Source of the DNA: Vicugna vicugna
Lineage: Eukaryota
DNA: 64,000 nucleotides
NCBI GenBank assembly: GCA_013265495.1
Contig: MU058000.1
Span: forward strand, 1,364,001-1,428,000
Direction of reading: 5' to 3'
Under the pieces are notes generated by a model. The model was given only the letters and a program-made list of their open reading frames with translations, ran no database searches and was not told the origin of the DNA. The position numbers and the translations under genes are program-made. Shown piece after piece: positions 50,206 through 62,470 of the stretch. How positions within the stretch are numbered: position 1 is the stretch's first letter; every line of letters begins with the position of its first letter.

Positions 50206-50290
50206 CATTCACTTCTTTTTTTTTTTTTTCTGGATTTTGTGACATGCTTTTATTTATTTATTTATTTATTTATTTTACATTCACTTCTTT
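50206..50290 (-). mobile_element. Tiny TSD-flanked poly(A)-tailed retro-insertion
   Basis: 13-bp direct repeats cattcacttcttt at 50206-50218 and 50278-50290 around poly(T) + 19-nt unique sequence + (TTTA)n. Confidence 0.75.
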
Positions 50291-50849
50291 CTAAACACTG
50301 GCTGAGAAAGTTTCTCTCTGGAAGTGGAACATTAAGTCCTAGAGATTATGAGTAAGAGGTAGCTGATTACAGGAAGACTGCAGAGAAAGCAACTTGAATA
50401 GCAAGTACAGAGGCTTTCAGGCAGTAGCAGGAAATCTGGCATGTTCCAGAACAGCAAGGTGGTCAGCAGTAGAGTCAATGAAAGAAGGGTAATAAAGGAT
50501 AAGGTCAGGTCATTAATAGATTTCTTTTTTCATTAGTAGAAATATTAACGTGTGTTGCAAAACATTGGACTTTGTTCTGTAATCCACTTTCAAATTTTAA
50601 TAAATAATCACACATATTTTTCCTTAAGTTCTGTGAAAATCATTTATGATTTATTGTAGTCACAGCTTTGTATATGTATTTTACTATGTGTTCTATTTTC
50701 TTCATTTTCCTATGTGTGTATGCATGTAGTTCTGATATTTAGGACATTAGCATTGCATTCTTTTAAAAGAACAGAGTTCTATAACAAACTTAGTCCTTTT
50801 AAAAAAAATGAATCTCTGTTCTATCAGAGATGATGTAATTAGCATATTT

Positions 50850-51720
50850 CCACTTCCTTTCCCCTCTCCTCTCTCACCTCTACCCTTCAATTTTAGTCAA
50901 TTTAAAAGTCTTTTTTGATTATGATCATTGTAGAGTTGAATGCTCTTATACTTTTATTATTTGCTCTGTCAGCTTTAAATACCCTTTGACTCCCAGCTAT
51001 TAACCAGTCAGCTCTCCCCGCTGTCCAGTCGCTATGGTTTTCCCCCAGTCATTTTTGGAGGCTGAACTTTGTCCTCTAATAATTTCCCCAGAAAGACTCA
51101 TGGGAACAGTTTTTTCTCAGTTCTCTATTTACTTAATACTATTTGCCGATAGGTTTTGTAGTTAAAAAATCATTTGATTTAATATAATTTCTTTCACTTA
51201 TTTTTCTTTAAGTTAATTATATTTGTTAATTAACATTCTTATAGGTTTGAATGTTCCTGTAGATTTTCCTGCTGTTTATGTTTTAATCTACTTTTATGAC
51301 TACTAAGTGGATTCTGTACTTTGAAGCCCACACATCTTGTATCCACTATTCTGGGTCAGTTTCTCCTTGCCTGATTCTCTGTCACTTGCTCACTCATCTG
51401 TTCTTATTCTTCCTTCCATTTCTTTCTGTAAATTTGCTTTATTTCTACTCTCTCTGCTGTTATGTTCTCTTCAGTGTTGGTTTTTTTCCCCCACTTTTGT
51501 GTGCCTTCCATTTTCATCGCTATTACTGTGTTGATTTTACCTTTGGTCTACTTTTTTCTTGAGATCTGTCAGTTCTTATTTCATCTCTTTCACTTTTTCA
51601 ACATTTATTTCCTGAGGACTTTGATTTCTGCTTTGTGATATTATTCTAGAGATGTAATAGTCATGCAGCTCTTCAAATTCATGATGAAATATTTACTCAC
51701 AATTTTCAACTGATGCATGG
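50850..51720 (-). mobile_element. Very old L1/HAL1-like ORF1 region
   Basis: T-rich antisense texture with 'tcctctaataatttccccagaaagactcatgggaacag' and 'tttatttcctgag...atttctgctttgtg'. Confidence 0.45.
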
Positions 51721-52349
51721 ATTTGTTGTCAAGAAAGCAGTTACTTTTTAGGTGTTGCATCATTTTAGGTTTAGTGGCGGGTAAAACTGATAAACGTTTT
51801 TGACATGTGCTACTGCTAAAACATCTCCTTTGTCTTTTGTTTAAGAAGTGGATTTAAAAAATTCTGAATATCTCTATTTAATTTTTTCTTTCTAGATTTA
51901 TCTTTTGGCTGCAGCCTGTTAACACTTGACTTCATCAGTTTAATTTTACCCTCCTAAATGATAAGTATCATCTTCTATACTTGGAGTTTTTATGAGTATC
52001 TTATCTGGAATAAAACTAAAGACAGAGTTCTGGACAATTCACTAGATTTCTGTGTTAGGCTGACATCTGTCCAAAACTCCATGTCTATTCAGGTTTAATT
52101 GACCCACACGTTACTAAGCTCTTTAATTCTATCCACCCATCTCTTCAAATTTTCCAACAGTGCTCAGTCTCTGTCCTGCCATTGATGCAATTAGCTCTTT
52201 CAGTAGAAAGACTTTTATTTGATTATTTTTGACCACAGTTAAATTTGACTCTGAAATTGCTGGTGAGTTTCAGAGGGCACGAATGTAGATCTCTGAATGA
52301 ATTCTTGTCTTGTCATACAACAAACAAGATGAAGGTATCATCGTGGCAT

Positions 52350-52610
52350 TATTATTACTGTTACGAATAATTAACATTTATTGACTTACCATGTCTTTCA
52401 GCTATATAAACCATTTATACAATATACTTTATTTAATCTTCATAATAATCTCAGTATAGTAGAAACTATGACTTCCATTTACATATAGGAAATCAGACAT
52501 GTAGAAAGTGTAACATACTCAGGGTTACATAGCCAGTAATTAGCGGACTCAGCATTTACAACAAGGCAGTCCGATGCTGGAACACAGTTTTTCAACCACT
52601 GTACTACCTT
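52350..52610 (-). mobile_element. MIR SINE
   Basis: 'aataattaacatttattga...tttaatcttcataataatc...ccatttacatataggaaatcagac...cagggttacatagccagtaa...ggcagtccga'. Confidence 0.8.
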
Positions 52611-53635
52611 CCTGTATTAACTCTGTAATCTTCGTCTGTCCTCTAACTTCTCTACAACTTTGCTCCTCATTTACTAAATAAGGAGATTAAAATAGATTCT
52701 CTGAAGGTCCTTTTCCACTTCTAATGTTGTGTGATTCTGAGAGAGATTTTCATTTATTTCTTTCTGTATTTTATACAAAAATATATACTATGTATATATA
52801 TATTTTTTTCATGTAGAGTAGCTAGAAATCCACTCCCAACATTGCTCCTGAAATGATGCTGACTTTCCTATTTTTCAAGGGATTACACCTGAGTTGTTGA
52901 GATGATGCCAAGTCAGTATTCAGCATGTGACAAATAGGCCCACCCTAAAAATGGAAACTTCCATCCTAAGTGAATTAATATTGCAAGCATATTCCTTGGT
53001 ATGTGTGCCTTGGGACTTCCTTATGTAAGAGGGAATCCACCTCGGTGGAGAATCCACTTACCTTCTATTTGTTTTCTTTCAATTCTTCATCCTCCTATGT
53101 GTTAAATCTAGCAAGTGCACACAGCTACTAGTTACAAATAAAAACAAATCCAAGGCCATTTTGCAGTCCGAGCCAGTCCTCCTTATACAGCTGGCCCAAG
53201 AGTCACAAGTGACAGGCAGTCCCAAATTAATCCTATTTGGGCTGATTCTCTGTTGTTATGGATTTCTGTACCTCTAGCTTGCAGCTCGGCAGCACCAGCT
53301 CTGGCTACCAGTGCCGATGCCTCCTTGGTGTGTCATTGTCAGATCCACTTCAGATCAAATATGCAAAGCGCTTGGTCTCATTTAACCTAGCTCTTTTCCC
53401 CAAAGAGCGACTCAGAAAGTGATTTCTGTGGATGAGAAGACTTTGTCTCATCTTCCTCTGCCTTATGAGTTCTGTATCTCATGAAAACTTAAGAGTAGGT
53501 GGGATGATGATTCAAACCAAATTCAGACTTGATCTTTAATATTTCTAATTCCTGGCTGGTATTCACTTTGCTGTGACTTTCTGTTTCTTTTCTTTCTGTC
53601 TTTAGACCAACCAGTCTCTTCAGAAAAATGATATA

Positions 53636-54133
53636 CAGTCATCCCACTTTATCCACAGGGACACATGCCAAGACTCCCAGTGGATGCCTGAAACCATGGG
53701 TAGTAGTGAAATGAATATATATTATTTTCTTTTACATACAAACCTATGATAAAGTTTAATTTATATTGTACCGTACCTATAAATTAGGCATGGTAAGAGA
53801 ATATCTGCACAGCCAGCATCACCACTCTTATATTCTGGGTCCATTATTAAGTAACATAGGGTTTATTTGAACACAGACACCGCAGTACTATGACTAACAA
53901 CCAAGATGCTACTAAGTGGCTAACAAGTAGTGTACACTGGACAAGGGGGTGGTTCATGTCCCTCGTCAGACAGAGTAGGATGGTGAGAGATTTCATCACA
54001 AATAGGATGGTGCTACTAGGAATGGTGCACAATTTAAAACTTATAAATTGTTTATTTCTGTGGAATTTTCCATTTTATATTTTTGGACCATGAAACCAAT
54101 GAAAGCAAACCTGCAGGTAAGTAGGGACTTTTG
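53636..54133 (-). mobile_element. MER44-type (Tigger7-derived) DNA transposon
   Basis: Degenerate TIRs 'cagtcatcccactttatccacagg' / 'cctgcaggtaagtagggacttttg' flanked by TA (53634-35, 54134-35); internal 'aatttaaaacttataaattgtttatttctg'. Confidence 0.88.
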
Positions 54134-54374
54134 TACTAAGAGTTCCAGATTAGGCACGGAGTTCTGGAGGAGACGGCAGCCCCCCTGTGTGCACGTGACC
54201 CAGGAGAGTCTCCTCCCGAGATACCCTGAGGTACATGCAGGTTCCTGTTCCTTTATCGTTTCGTCCTTTCATTACCACCATCTCTTACCTTAATCTTAAA
54301 TCTTCCAAGAAAATCTGGAAGCACACTTAGTATTCAGTCCTGTAGTCAGTACCTCATTATAGAGGAAATCCCAC

Positions 54375-54736
54375 TGTTATGAAAGTATGTTTCCTCCCCA
54401 AATTCACATCATGTTGAAACCCTGATCCCCAGTGTACTGATACTAGGAGATGGGGCCTTTGGGAGGTGATTAGGTCACGTGGGGGGAGCCCTCATGAATG
54501 GGATTGATGCTATTGAAGGAGAAACATGGGAGAGGTGATCGCTCACTCTCTCTACCTCGTGAAAATACAGCAAGAAAGCAGCCATCTGCAAAACAGGAAG
54601 AGGGCCCTTCAGCAGCACAGGATTTGCCAGAACCTTGATCTTAGACTTCCCAGCCTGCAGGTCTGTGAGAAATAAACGTTTGTTGTCTCAGCCACTCATT
54701 CCTTGCTCATTTATTACAGCGGCCTAACCTGAGATA
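54375..54736 (+). mobile_element. MaLR solo LTR (MLT1A0-like)
   Basis: 'atgttgaaaccctgatccccagtg...ggggcctttgggaggtgattaggtca...cttgatcttagacttcccagcc...gagaaataaacg'; TSD cccac/gccac. Confidence 0.9.
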
Positions 54737-55489
54737 GCCACTTAGCCGGAAATGACATCTGGGTCCCAGCCCAATCTCCACTCCTATGACCTTGAGCAAC
54801 TTATTAAACCATTTTAATTTTTGGTCTTTTCAAATATACTTCCCACCACAGTGCTTTTGATAATTTTTGAAGTCCCTACCAACTTTAAATTTGATTGTAC
54901 TCATTATAAAGAACTATCATCTTAATCTTAGTGATATAATAATATGCAAAATGAAAACCTTAGTTTCTAAGTAACTGCCTATCATTCAGAATTCTTTCCT
55001 GCCTGTAGAAATTCTGGATAGATAGCTAATTTTCCACCTTTGCTTTGGAGAAATCCCCTAGGTGGAAAATAGGAAGAATAGAATATGCTTTTGAAAGTTT
55101 TAAATCTCTATTTTAAAGCTATATAATCTTTTATTGTCTCCTGCAGATGGAACTTTGATCAGAAGGTCTTAGGTGGGTTGCATCATTTGCAAGAACAATT
55201 CAAGGCTTTGCACATAGAGATACTGATCGATTACCCAAATAACAGTTGTGTGTAAATTCTTCTATTAAAAAGACTCAAGGATGACATACCTATCATGCTC
55301 ATTGACAAAAACAACCCCAGTTAGTTCTGTTCAATAAAACAACAGTGCACACACATAGAAGCCAGGAAAAAAGAAAGAGAAAAAAATGGGAAAAGTAAGA
55401 GAAAAAAGAGATTAAAAAAAATCCCCAAATGCAAAATTCCCTTGAGCCACTGTCACAGCATGTGGGAGCCCATGATTGGGTTAACAAAT

Positions 55490-56079
55490 TGTAACAGATC
55501 CCAGCCGCTTATCTCCTTAAAGAAGCTGTGCTTAGTAACTGCCTAGAGGTTTTAGCAATGACCCAGGCCCCCGGCTACAAACGCTGGGCGTGCCTGCTGT
55601 TAGTCTTCTATCCCCAGAACAGCCTTGGGCTGGAACGGTAAACAAGTTATAAAAAGCTGCAGACTCAGAGGGGAGAAGGCTGGTTAGCCAATGACAAGTA
55701 AGATCCCCTGAGGGGGGCAACCTAAGATGGGCACAGCCTCCTGAGTCCAAGTTGTTAAGCAGCTGATTCTCACACGTTCGCCCTGATGAGCTGAAAGGCT
55801 CAACTGAACATGATTCACCAAAAAGCGTCTTCTGACCTTGAGCCAAACACCAACAATAAACAAAGCCTTTGTACTCACTGTGATCCCACCCTGTCCTTCC
55901 CTCAATTCCTGCATTCCTCCTTTGACTGTGCTCAGTAAAGATGGGAGATTTGAGAGGCTCGGGGAGTTGGCTCCCCACTCCCTCTCGCTCTCTTGACTTT
56001 TCCCCAGAGTCTTGAGTAATCCATTCCATCTCGGTAGGACTTCTGCGGGCCAGAACCCACAACTGGTGACGAACCCACA
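55490..56079 (+). mobile_element. Younger ERV LTR (probably ERV2/betaretrovirus-like) with PBS remnant
   Basis: Starts TGTAAC; TATAAAA 55648-54; AATAAA 55855-60; higher GC/CpG than the flanks; ends 'ctgcgggccagaacccaca' then 'actggtgacgaac'. Confidence 0.65.
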
Positions 56080-56209
56080 ACAGCACATCAACAGCTTATT
56101 GTCAGATTTTAGAACCTCGGGCGTAACTCAAGCTGCTCAGTAACCTAGGGCTGCTGCTTCTACGTTCAGGGTGTGAACTTCCCTTTTGTGACCAAACCCA
56201 TCACTGAAG

Positions 56210-56822
56210 CATCTTGCCCTTAGACTTGGGCAAGGTGGACTCCTTTCTAGGCCCTGCGCTTTTGAGGGCCCTGTTCTATCTCCCCTGTGGCTGACACCAA
56301 AAGAGCATAAGACCAAGGGGATGTCCTCACTATTGACAGTACCTCCCCCTGCTGGACCGTACTCTGAGTACCCGGTATTCTATTCACAGCCACATGGTCC
56401 TGAATCAGCTTCCCATAGCCTGTGCAAGTCTGCCCCTTTGAGTCCTTCCACTTAGAAATAGACCAAGCCACCAATTTACTTACCTTCATACCCAAAGGAC
56501 TTTTAAGGGGTTCCTTTTGAAGAAAGAGGAGTGTAGCAAGACGCTCGTGATGAGGACCTCAACTGGGACAGACAAGGCTCTGGAGATGGCTCCCCCTGCA
56601 ACACTGTATTCTAGCAGGAAACTCTAAAGTGTCCAAAAATAGTAAATTCAAACCTGACTTTCCTGGTTATATGAAGATATATTTGTAAGGTCAGAGGATA
56701 GAACATATTTTATTTAATAGTTTGATAGCTTTATTTATAACTTTTATATATTTAGATGTAAAGTGCATGGCCCCCCATTTATACTCTTGTCCTGGGTCTC
56801 ACAGAGGTTCAGGCTGGGCCTG
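56210..56822 (-). mobile_element. hAT-Tip100 element (MER115/Zaphod-like)
   Basis: Ends 'catcttgcccttagacttgggcaag' and 'ccatttatactcttgtcctgggtctcacagaggttcaggctgggcctg'; internal 'aggatagaacatattttatttaatagtttgatagc'. Confidence 0.7.
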
Positions 56823-57104
56823 TCTTTAAGTGCCTGGCTTTTGTCTTGGAGCATCAGCACTGGGAAAAGACACAGGTCTAGGTTTATTACTATGAGGCTC
56901 AAAGTGTATCAGGGTTGAGTCCCCCGGGAGGAGGGCTGCAGGTCTCCTTTCCCTCCGTGACTTGAATTAGGGCCATTTCACGTTGAATTAAGCCAAGCCT
57001 TCTAGCAACCGCCAAGGTCAGTGGTCACTTCCAGGGCGGTGCCCACTTCTCTGATCTCTTTCAGTCTAGGTTACTACAGTTTGCTCCTCTTAAAAAGAAA
57101 AAAA

Positions 57105-57290
57105 AGTTAATATTTATTAAGCACTAACAAATCAGATACTGTACTAGGCACTTTATGTACTTTATCCCTGTACCACTTAAACCTTCCAACAGGGCAGGTT
57201 TATCTCTTCTGGACAGAGGAGGAAACTGAAGCTTAGAGAAGTTAAGAAACTGGCTCAGGAATCCAAGGTTCTTTAACTCTCAACATTATT
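57105..57290 (-). mobile_element. MIR SINE
   Basis: 'tatttattaagcacta...actgtactaggcacttta...acagaggaggaaactgaagcttagagaagttaag'. Confidence 0.8.
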
Positions 57291-57939
57291 TGTGATTCCA
57301 CTAACCTTGTAATTGCCGCAAAAGGGCCTTTTCAGCCTGAAACTCTGCCTGCCTTTCTACCTTTCAGAGACGGCCCCAGAACTCTTGCTCATGCTTCTGC
57401 TGAAGCCTCAGACCAGCCATGCCTTGGCTCTGATCCTGATGGTTTGGTGGGAGCTCCATGGCTAAACCATGGCTGCTTTAGAGTCAGAATAAATGGTGGA
57501 AAGAGTGTAAGTTTTGGTATGAGAATAAGAGCTGGTATCAGCAACTGAAGTTTACAGGCAGTGTAATTACTTAAGTTCATGACTAGGCTTGGATTTCAGC
57601 AGAGGGCATTGGCAGGAAGCTAGGCCCCATAACAATGCCCCCTCAGTTCACCCAGCTAGATTACCAGGCCCAGGCTAATGCCCCATAATCATGAGGGAAC
57701 AGTGTGGCAGAGGACTCACCAATGGCCTATCCAAAATGATAGAGAGCAAGAGAGGATATATCTGGGAAGACACCTTGGTACTCATGCTAGACTCTGCCTG
57801 CTAATTGGAGGGTAGCCCTTTATGGGTATAGATTCAGTCAGGGTCTGAGTAGGGTTGAGGCTTAAGGCAGTTTGCCTATACCTGAAAGGAGTTAGGGAGA
57901 CCAGGTGTGGCCAGACTCACCTTTTCCTCTGTGCAATCT

Positions 57940-58065
57940 ATACATTTATTCATTTTAATCCAGTAAGATTTCATTGAGCACCTACTGCCTGTAAGGAAGT
58001 ATTCAATCATTGTGAAGGACAGAGTTAAGTTAAATATGATGGCCCCTGTTTTCCAGGCCACCACT
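57940..58065 (-). mobile_element. L2 3' fragment
   Basis: 'atttattcattttaatccagtaagatttcattgagcacctact...atggcccctgttttccagg'. Confidence 0.55.
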
Positions 58066-61000
58066 ACCTCTAATGAAGGAGAGAACAGTGTACCTGGGTG
58101 GCTCTAATAAATTCTCATGGTGTGAAAATCTATGCTAATAATCTGTGCTCAAAGTACAAATTGCAATGAAATAAAAAAGGAGAGAGTGATTAATTTTACT
58201 GCCAATGGGAGGGGTTCCTAACAATTTGTTAAATCTCATTGGTCCAGATATTTATTTTCTCCTTAGGGACTCTCTGCTAAATTGTCTAGGAGAAAAATGT
58301 TAATTACACAATACATGCTGTTGTTTTCTTTTTTTTTTCAACTGGAGAAATGATCAGTAAGCTCTCTCATTTTTCTTATATGAACGAATCTAGCGTTTCC
58401 CTCTTAAACAGAAGAGCCAGTTTGTAGTGTTTCTTCCTCTTCACTGATAGGTAATTTTACCCATGAATTGATGGGTAAAATTTCTAGCTTAATTTCCTTA
58501 ACACTATAAACCCAGTTATGAATCCCTATTAGCCTTTTTAAACTATGTTTTCTAGTTGATAAGATAGACAGATTTCTGCACAGTGAAATTCCTGAATAAT
58601 TACTGTATTTATATAAGCATGGCTTTTTTGGTCAGAGTTAAGATACATTAGTAGAAATGTAAAGTGATGCATGGAAAATCCTGTTTTTTGTTTTTGTTTT
58701 TTTCCTGGAACATCAACTCCCTGAAGTTTCTGCAGTAAACTGGTTAAAAAGCAGTTTATTGAGAAATGATATGGTGACTGTCATTTGCAAGCTTCTAACA
58801 TCTATCAGGTAAAGTGATTAAACCTGCATCCATCATTCAGCATAATTAATCAGTAAGACACAACAGCTCGTGCGCGTGTGCTGATTAATCTGTAGTTCAG
58901 GTACATACCTCTCAGGCTTCAAGTTCATATGAGAAATACATCCATCAGTGCCACATGGACTGGTGTGCCCTACTGCAATTATAAAATGGGTAGATATTCT
59001 TTAAGAAAGAGTAGAAAGAGTGTTTTTTTTTCCTAACTGGAAGCAGGAAAATTTAGAGATCAGCAAAGATGCTAAACAAAACCCCCAAATCCAGAAAATT
59101 AAGTTTCTTTGTTAATTATTCATTTTAGTTTTTTTCCCTAAATGATACCAAGTAATTCTCCACTGCATGAAACAGATCTCTGAGTATAAAAGACTTAAAT
59201 GTAAGGTTTATTTATTTAGTCATGCAGCAAATACTCACTGGGCAACAGACATGCCCGAGGGACATAGCGATGGTCTGACAATCTCCTTTCTCCCAAGAAG
59301 CACACAGTGTGGGAGTTCAAAGGCCAGCGGTGTTCAGAGGGAGACTGCTATCACCTTGGATTTCATACTGTTTTACAGGACAGATCTTTTTCTCGAGCTA
59401 CTTAACACAGTGTCTTGAAATGGTTTAGCTATCTGAAATAACTTTAAACGTTCCTGTAAAATGTTTAATCTTGTTTACGTAAATCCAAAATGTGTTTTGA
59501 TAGCAGAAGAGAATACCGTGGTTACCTGGTTCAATTCAGTCATTTCACAACTGAGCAAAGCTCAGAGGAGAGTCACTCAAGTTCACCCAGCTGGTAATTA
59601 TCAACATCCAAATGCAAACGTGTAGTCCACTTACACAGCTTTCTACTCCCACTCAACTGTGCTACCTTTAGAAAAAAATTTTTAAAAGTAAGTATTGAAA
59701 TGATTTGATGTAGCTCTTTTGATATATATTATTTTTAATACTTGTTTTCCTTTATGTAATGATTGTTTTAGCAATTCGAATGACACAGAGGTGAGGTCCT
59801 TCCCTATTTTTTCCGCATCTATAAAAACATACAAACACATAGACATGCACAAAAGACTGGTTTTCAAAAGAAGTGATTTTGCTTGTGTACTGTTTAGCTT
59901 GTAAGCATTTCCTTGAGGATTCCATTTCTGATTCTTTTCCTTACGTCCCACTTTTATCATCGTTACCTACAGGACGGGTCTTAGTTTCCCACTTAGACAT
60001 GAGGATCCAACTAACCTGTCAGTTTCATGTTAAGCAAAAAGAAGCTCCTTTCTCTTGGCTACTCTTACAACTTCTGTCTAAAGATTTTGTGTGAGTTCTT
60101 CAGTCTGAACCCTGATATCCTCAGAAAATGGGCTAGTAGAGGAAAGAGAGGAGAGGAGTAAAGAGGGTAGGTGAGTGGGCAGAGGTATTCCTGATAAACT
60201 TACAATGTAATTATTCTTAGCAACCTGGTATATGTGCATATTCATAATCACCGTTTTGAATACACTTTAGGCAATGGATGTTGGTGGTGGAAAACCCTGA
60301 GAAAAGAGGCTTCCATTGCTCCACCCAGAATGTGTGAGCACCTATGTCTGAGCTCAGAAATGAGAAAGGGCTTTGTCTAGAACTCAAAGTCAGGTGTTTC
60401 AAACATTTTTCTCTCTCACCAATTAAAATTTTACAGTTCTACACTCCAGCTAGCAGCTAGGTAAGATTGAAAAGGAGTTGAAATGGATCATACTGTTTGA
60501 GATCCTTCCGTTATGTAAAATACATCAGTGATTTTAATTGCTTAAGTGTTTCTGGAAGTCTGACCACTTTAAGTAAGAGCTTTTGCTGACTGAAGGATAG
60601 TTGTGATGAAATTAGTTTTCCTTTTAAATTTTGCCTTCCTAAGCCTGATAAAGTCGCTTCCACAAAGTTGTCCACTGTTTGAGTTAGTTTCTCTTGAAAG
60701 TCAAATAAATTAAGCTGCAAAGTCTAAACTCTTGAAAAATTACAAAATCTATAAAATGGATTTTAAGAAGGGCAGAATGGAAGAAACCTACACACAACAA
60801 AAAGAGCCCTTAATGTGTATTTCTTCTTGAAATATTATTTTTGTTTTTCAAAACCTTAATTCAGTACGTGTATGTGTACATATATACATACACATATTCT
60901 TCTTTACCTTTTCCACTAAGCACCTCAATCTAATAAAAAAAAACTCTAAACTTTGCATAAGCTAACACTACACTGTCTAGGTTAATAAAATTATCTTTCT

Positions 61001-62029
61001 CATTTCTCATGTTTTTCAATAGCTAAGCATTTTAATAAATGTTCTTGAGAAAAATAGAGGTACCTAAAATTATTAGCAGCTCTATAACTTAACAACCAAT
61101 GAAACCAACAGGAAGAAACCCAAACCAATCTTTTATTGGAATAGCACTTCACTGTTTACAAGCACTTTTCAAAGTACTTGCATATACCACATCATTTATG
61201 ACAAGCAGTAGAGGATAAAACAGTGGGGTCCATCACCTGTCTTGACAATCGGAACATTGCTTTTTGCTATACAATTGAAAAAATGGTATTGATAATTCAT
61301 ATTTAAAAGATTGACAGTAATTTGACAAGAAAATTGGCAGCCTGTATTTTGTGGTAACATAATCTGGAAAAACCATCTGGTTATCCAAACTGAAGGAATA
61401 ATGCATTGTCAAGTTTCCTTTCAAATGGGAGTGGGAGAGCTCATGAGATAGTTCACATCCTGAATTCCCTTTCCTTTGGAGACCTGAATGTTTATGAGAG
61501 AAGAAAAAAAAAAGAAGGTGCTGCCATAAGATAGTTTCTGTGACGAAAACAAAGTGCCATGATTTTGAGGGAGTGCCTAAAATTATAAGGGCCAACTACC
61601 AAATCAGCCCTAGTGTGATCATCCATTCTGGAATTGGCAAACCTTGATTAGATTTTGAGCTGACTGGATGAAATTTATAGCGACTTGATTCTGAAAAATA
61701 ATCTATGACTCTTGTGGTTCTAGTTTTATGGAGCCTAGGATTCTAGGTGAATTTTAAATAGGTGAAAATGCCTCTTTACTACCGATGTGTTTAGCTGCAG
61801 TTAGGCTTATGTGACTGTAATAAAGGCAAAAGCAGGGAATTAAATGTAACAGAGCTGGGTTGAATCACAACTTGGTCACTTATTCTGTCCTCTGGTTTAT
61901 ACGTAGTTATTTATAATAATGTGTTAATGATAATACTTTCCTTTCTTTTCTTCTTTTTTCCTCTCCTCACATTTTTCTTCTCTTTATTCTCCATTTTTAT
62001 TCATCTATATATAAAATATATTAATAGTC

Positions 62030-62470
62030 ATCAGAGTGTGAAGTTTTGTTTGTGGAGAAATTTTAGATACAAATTTAATTTCTTTAATTGACTTAAGGCT
62101 ATTAAAGTTTTCTATTTCTTCTTGAATTCATTTTTGTAATCCTTTTAATTTTTTGAATCCAAATTTTCAATTTTTTTGGCATAAAGTTGTTCATAATATT
62201 CCCTTCTTCAGTAAATGCCTGTAGGGTCTCTAGTTATATCCATTTTTTTCCCTTCCTGATACTTATTGATAATCTGTATTTTTAGTTTTCTCATTCAACA
62301 ATTTCTGCTCTTTATTATTTTGCTTTTTATTTTTGGCTTCAATTTTCCTAATTTCTTAAGATGGAAATTTCAATGATTGATTTAGATCATTCTTTTCTAC
62401 ACATAAATTGAAAGCCATACATTTCCCTCTAGGCAGTACTTTGCATTCCAAAAATTCTGTTATGTTGTTT
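62030..62470 (-). mobile_element. Old L1 ORF2 fragment
   Basis: 'tttgtttgtggagaaattttagatacaaatttaatttctttaattg...ggcataaagttgttcataatattcc...gccatacatttccctctagg'. Confidence 0.75.

Noticed and set aside
55783..55850. Hammerhead-ribozyme-like core: CTGATGA-gct-GAAA followed by GGCTCAA pairing with TTGAGCC (55838-44)
   Set aside because: No real stem II, the base after the stem is A rather than the required U of the UH cleavage site, and no stem I partner is present; more simply a hairpin within an LTR.
55532..56091. 184-aa and 135-aa minus-strand ORFs as genes
   Set aside because: They are antisense to an LTR-like element, overlap each other and show no domain similarity.
56519..56545. Polypurine tract + TGTAGC as the start of a 3' LTR
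   Set aside because: It does not match the 55490 LTR start and lies inside the MER115-like hAT element.
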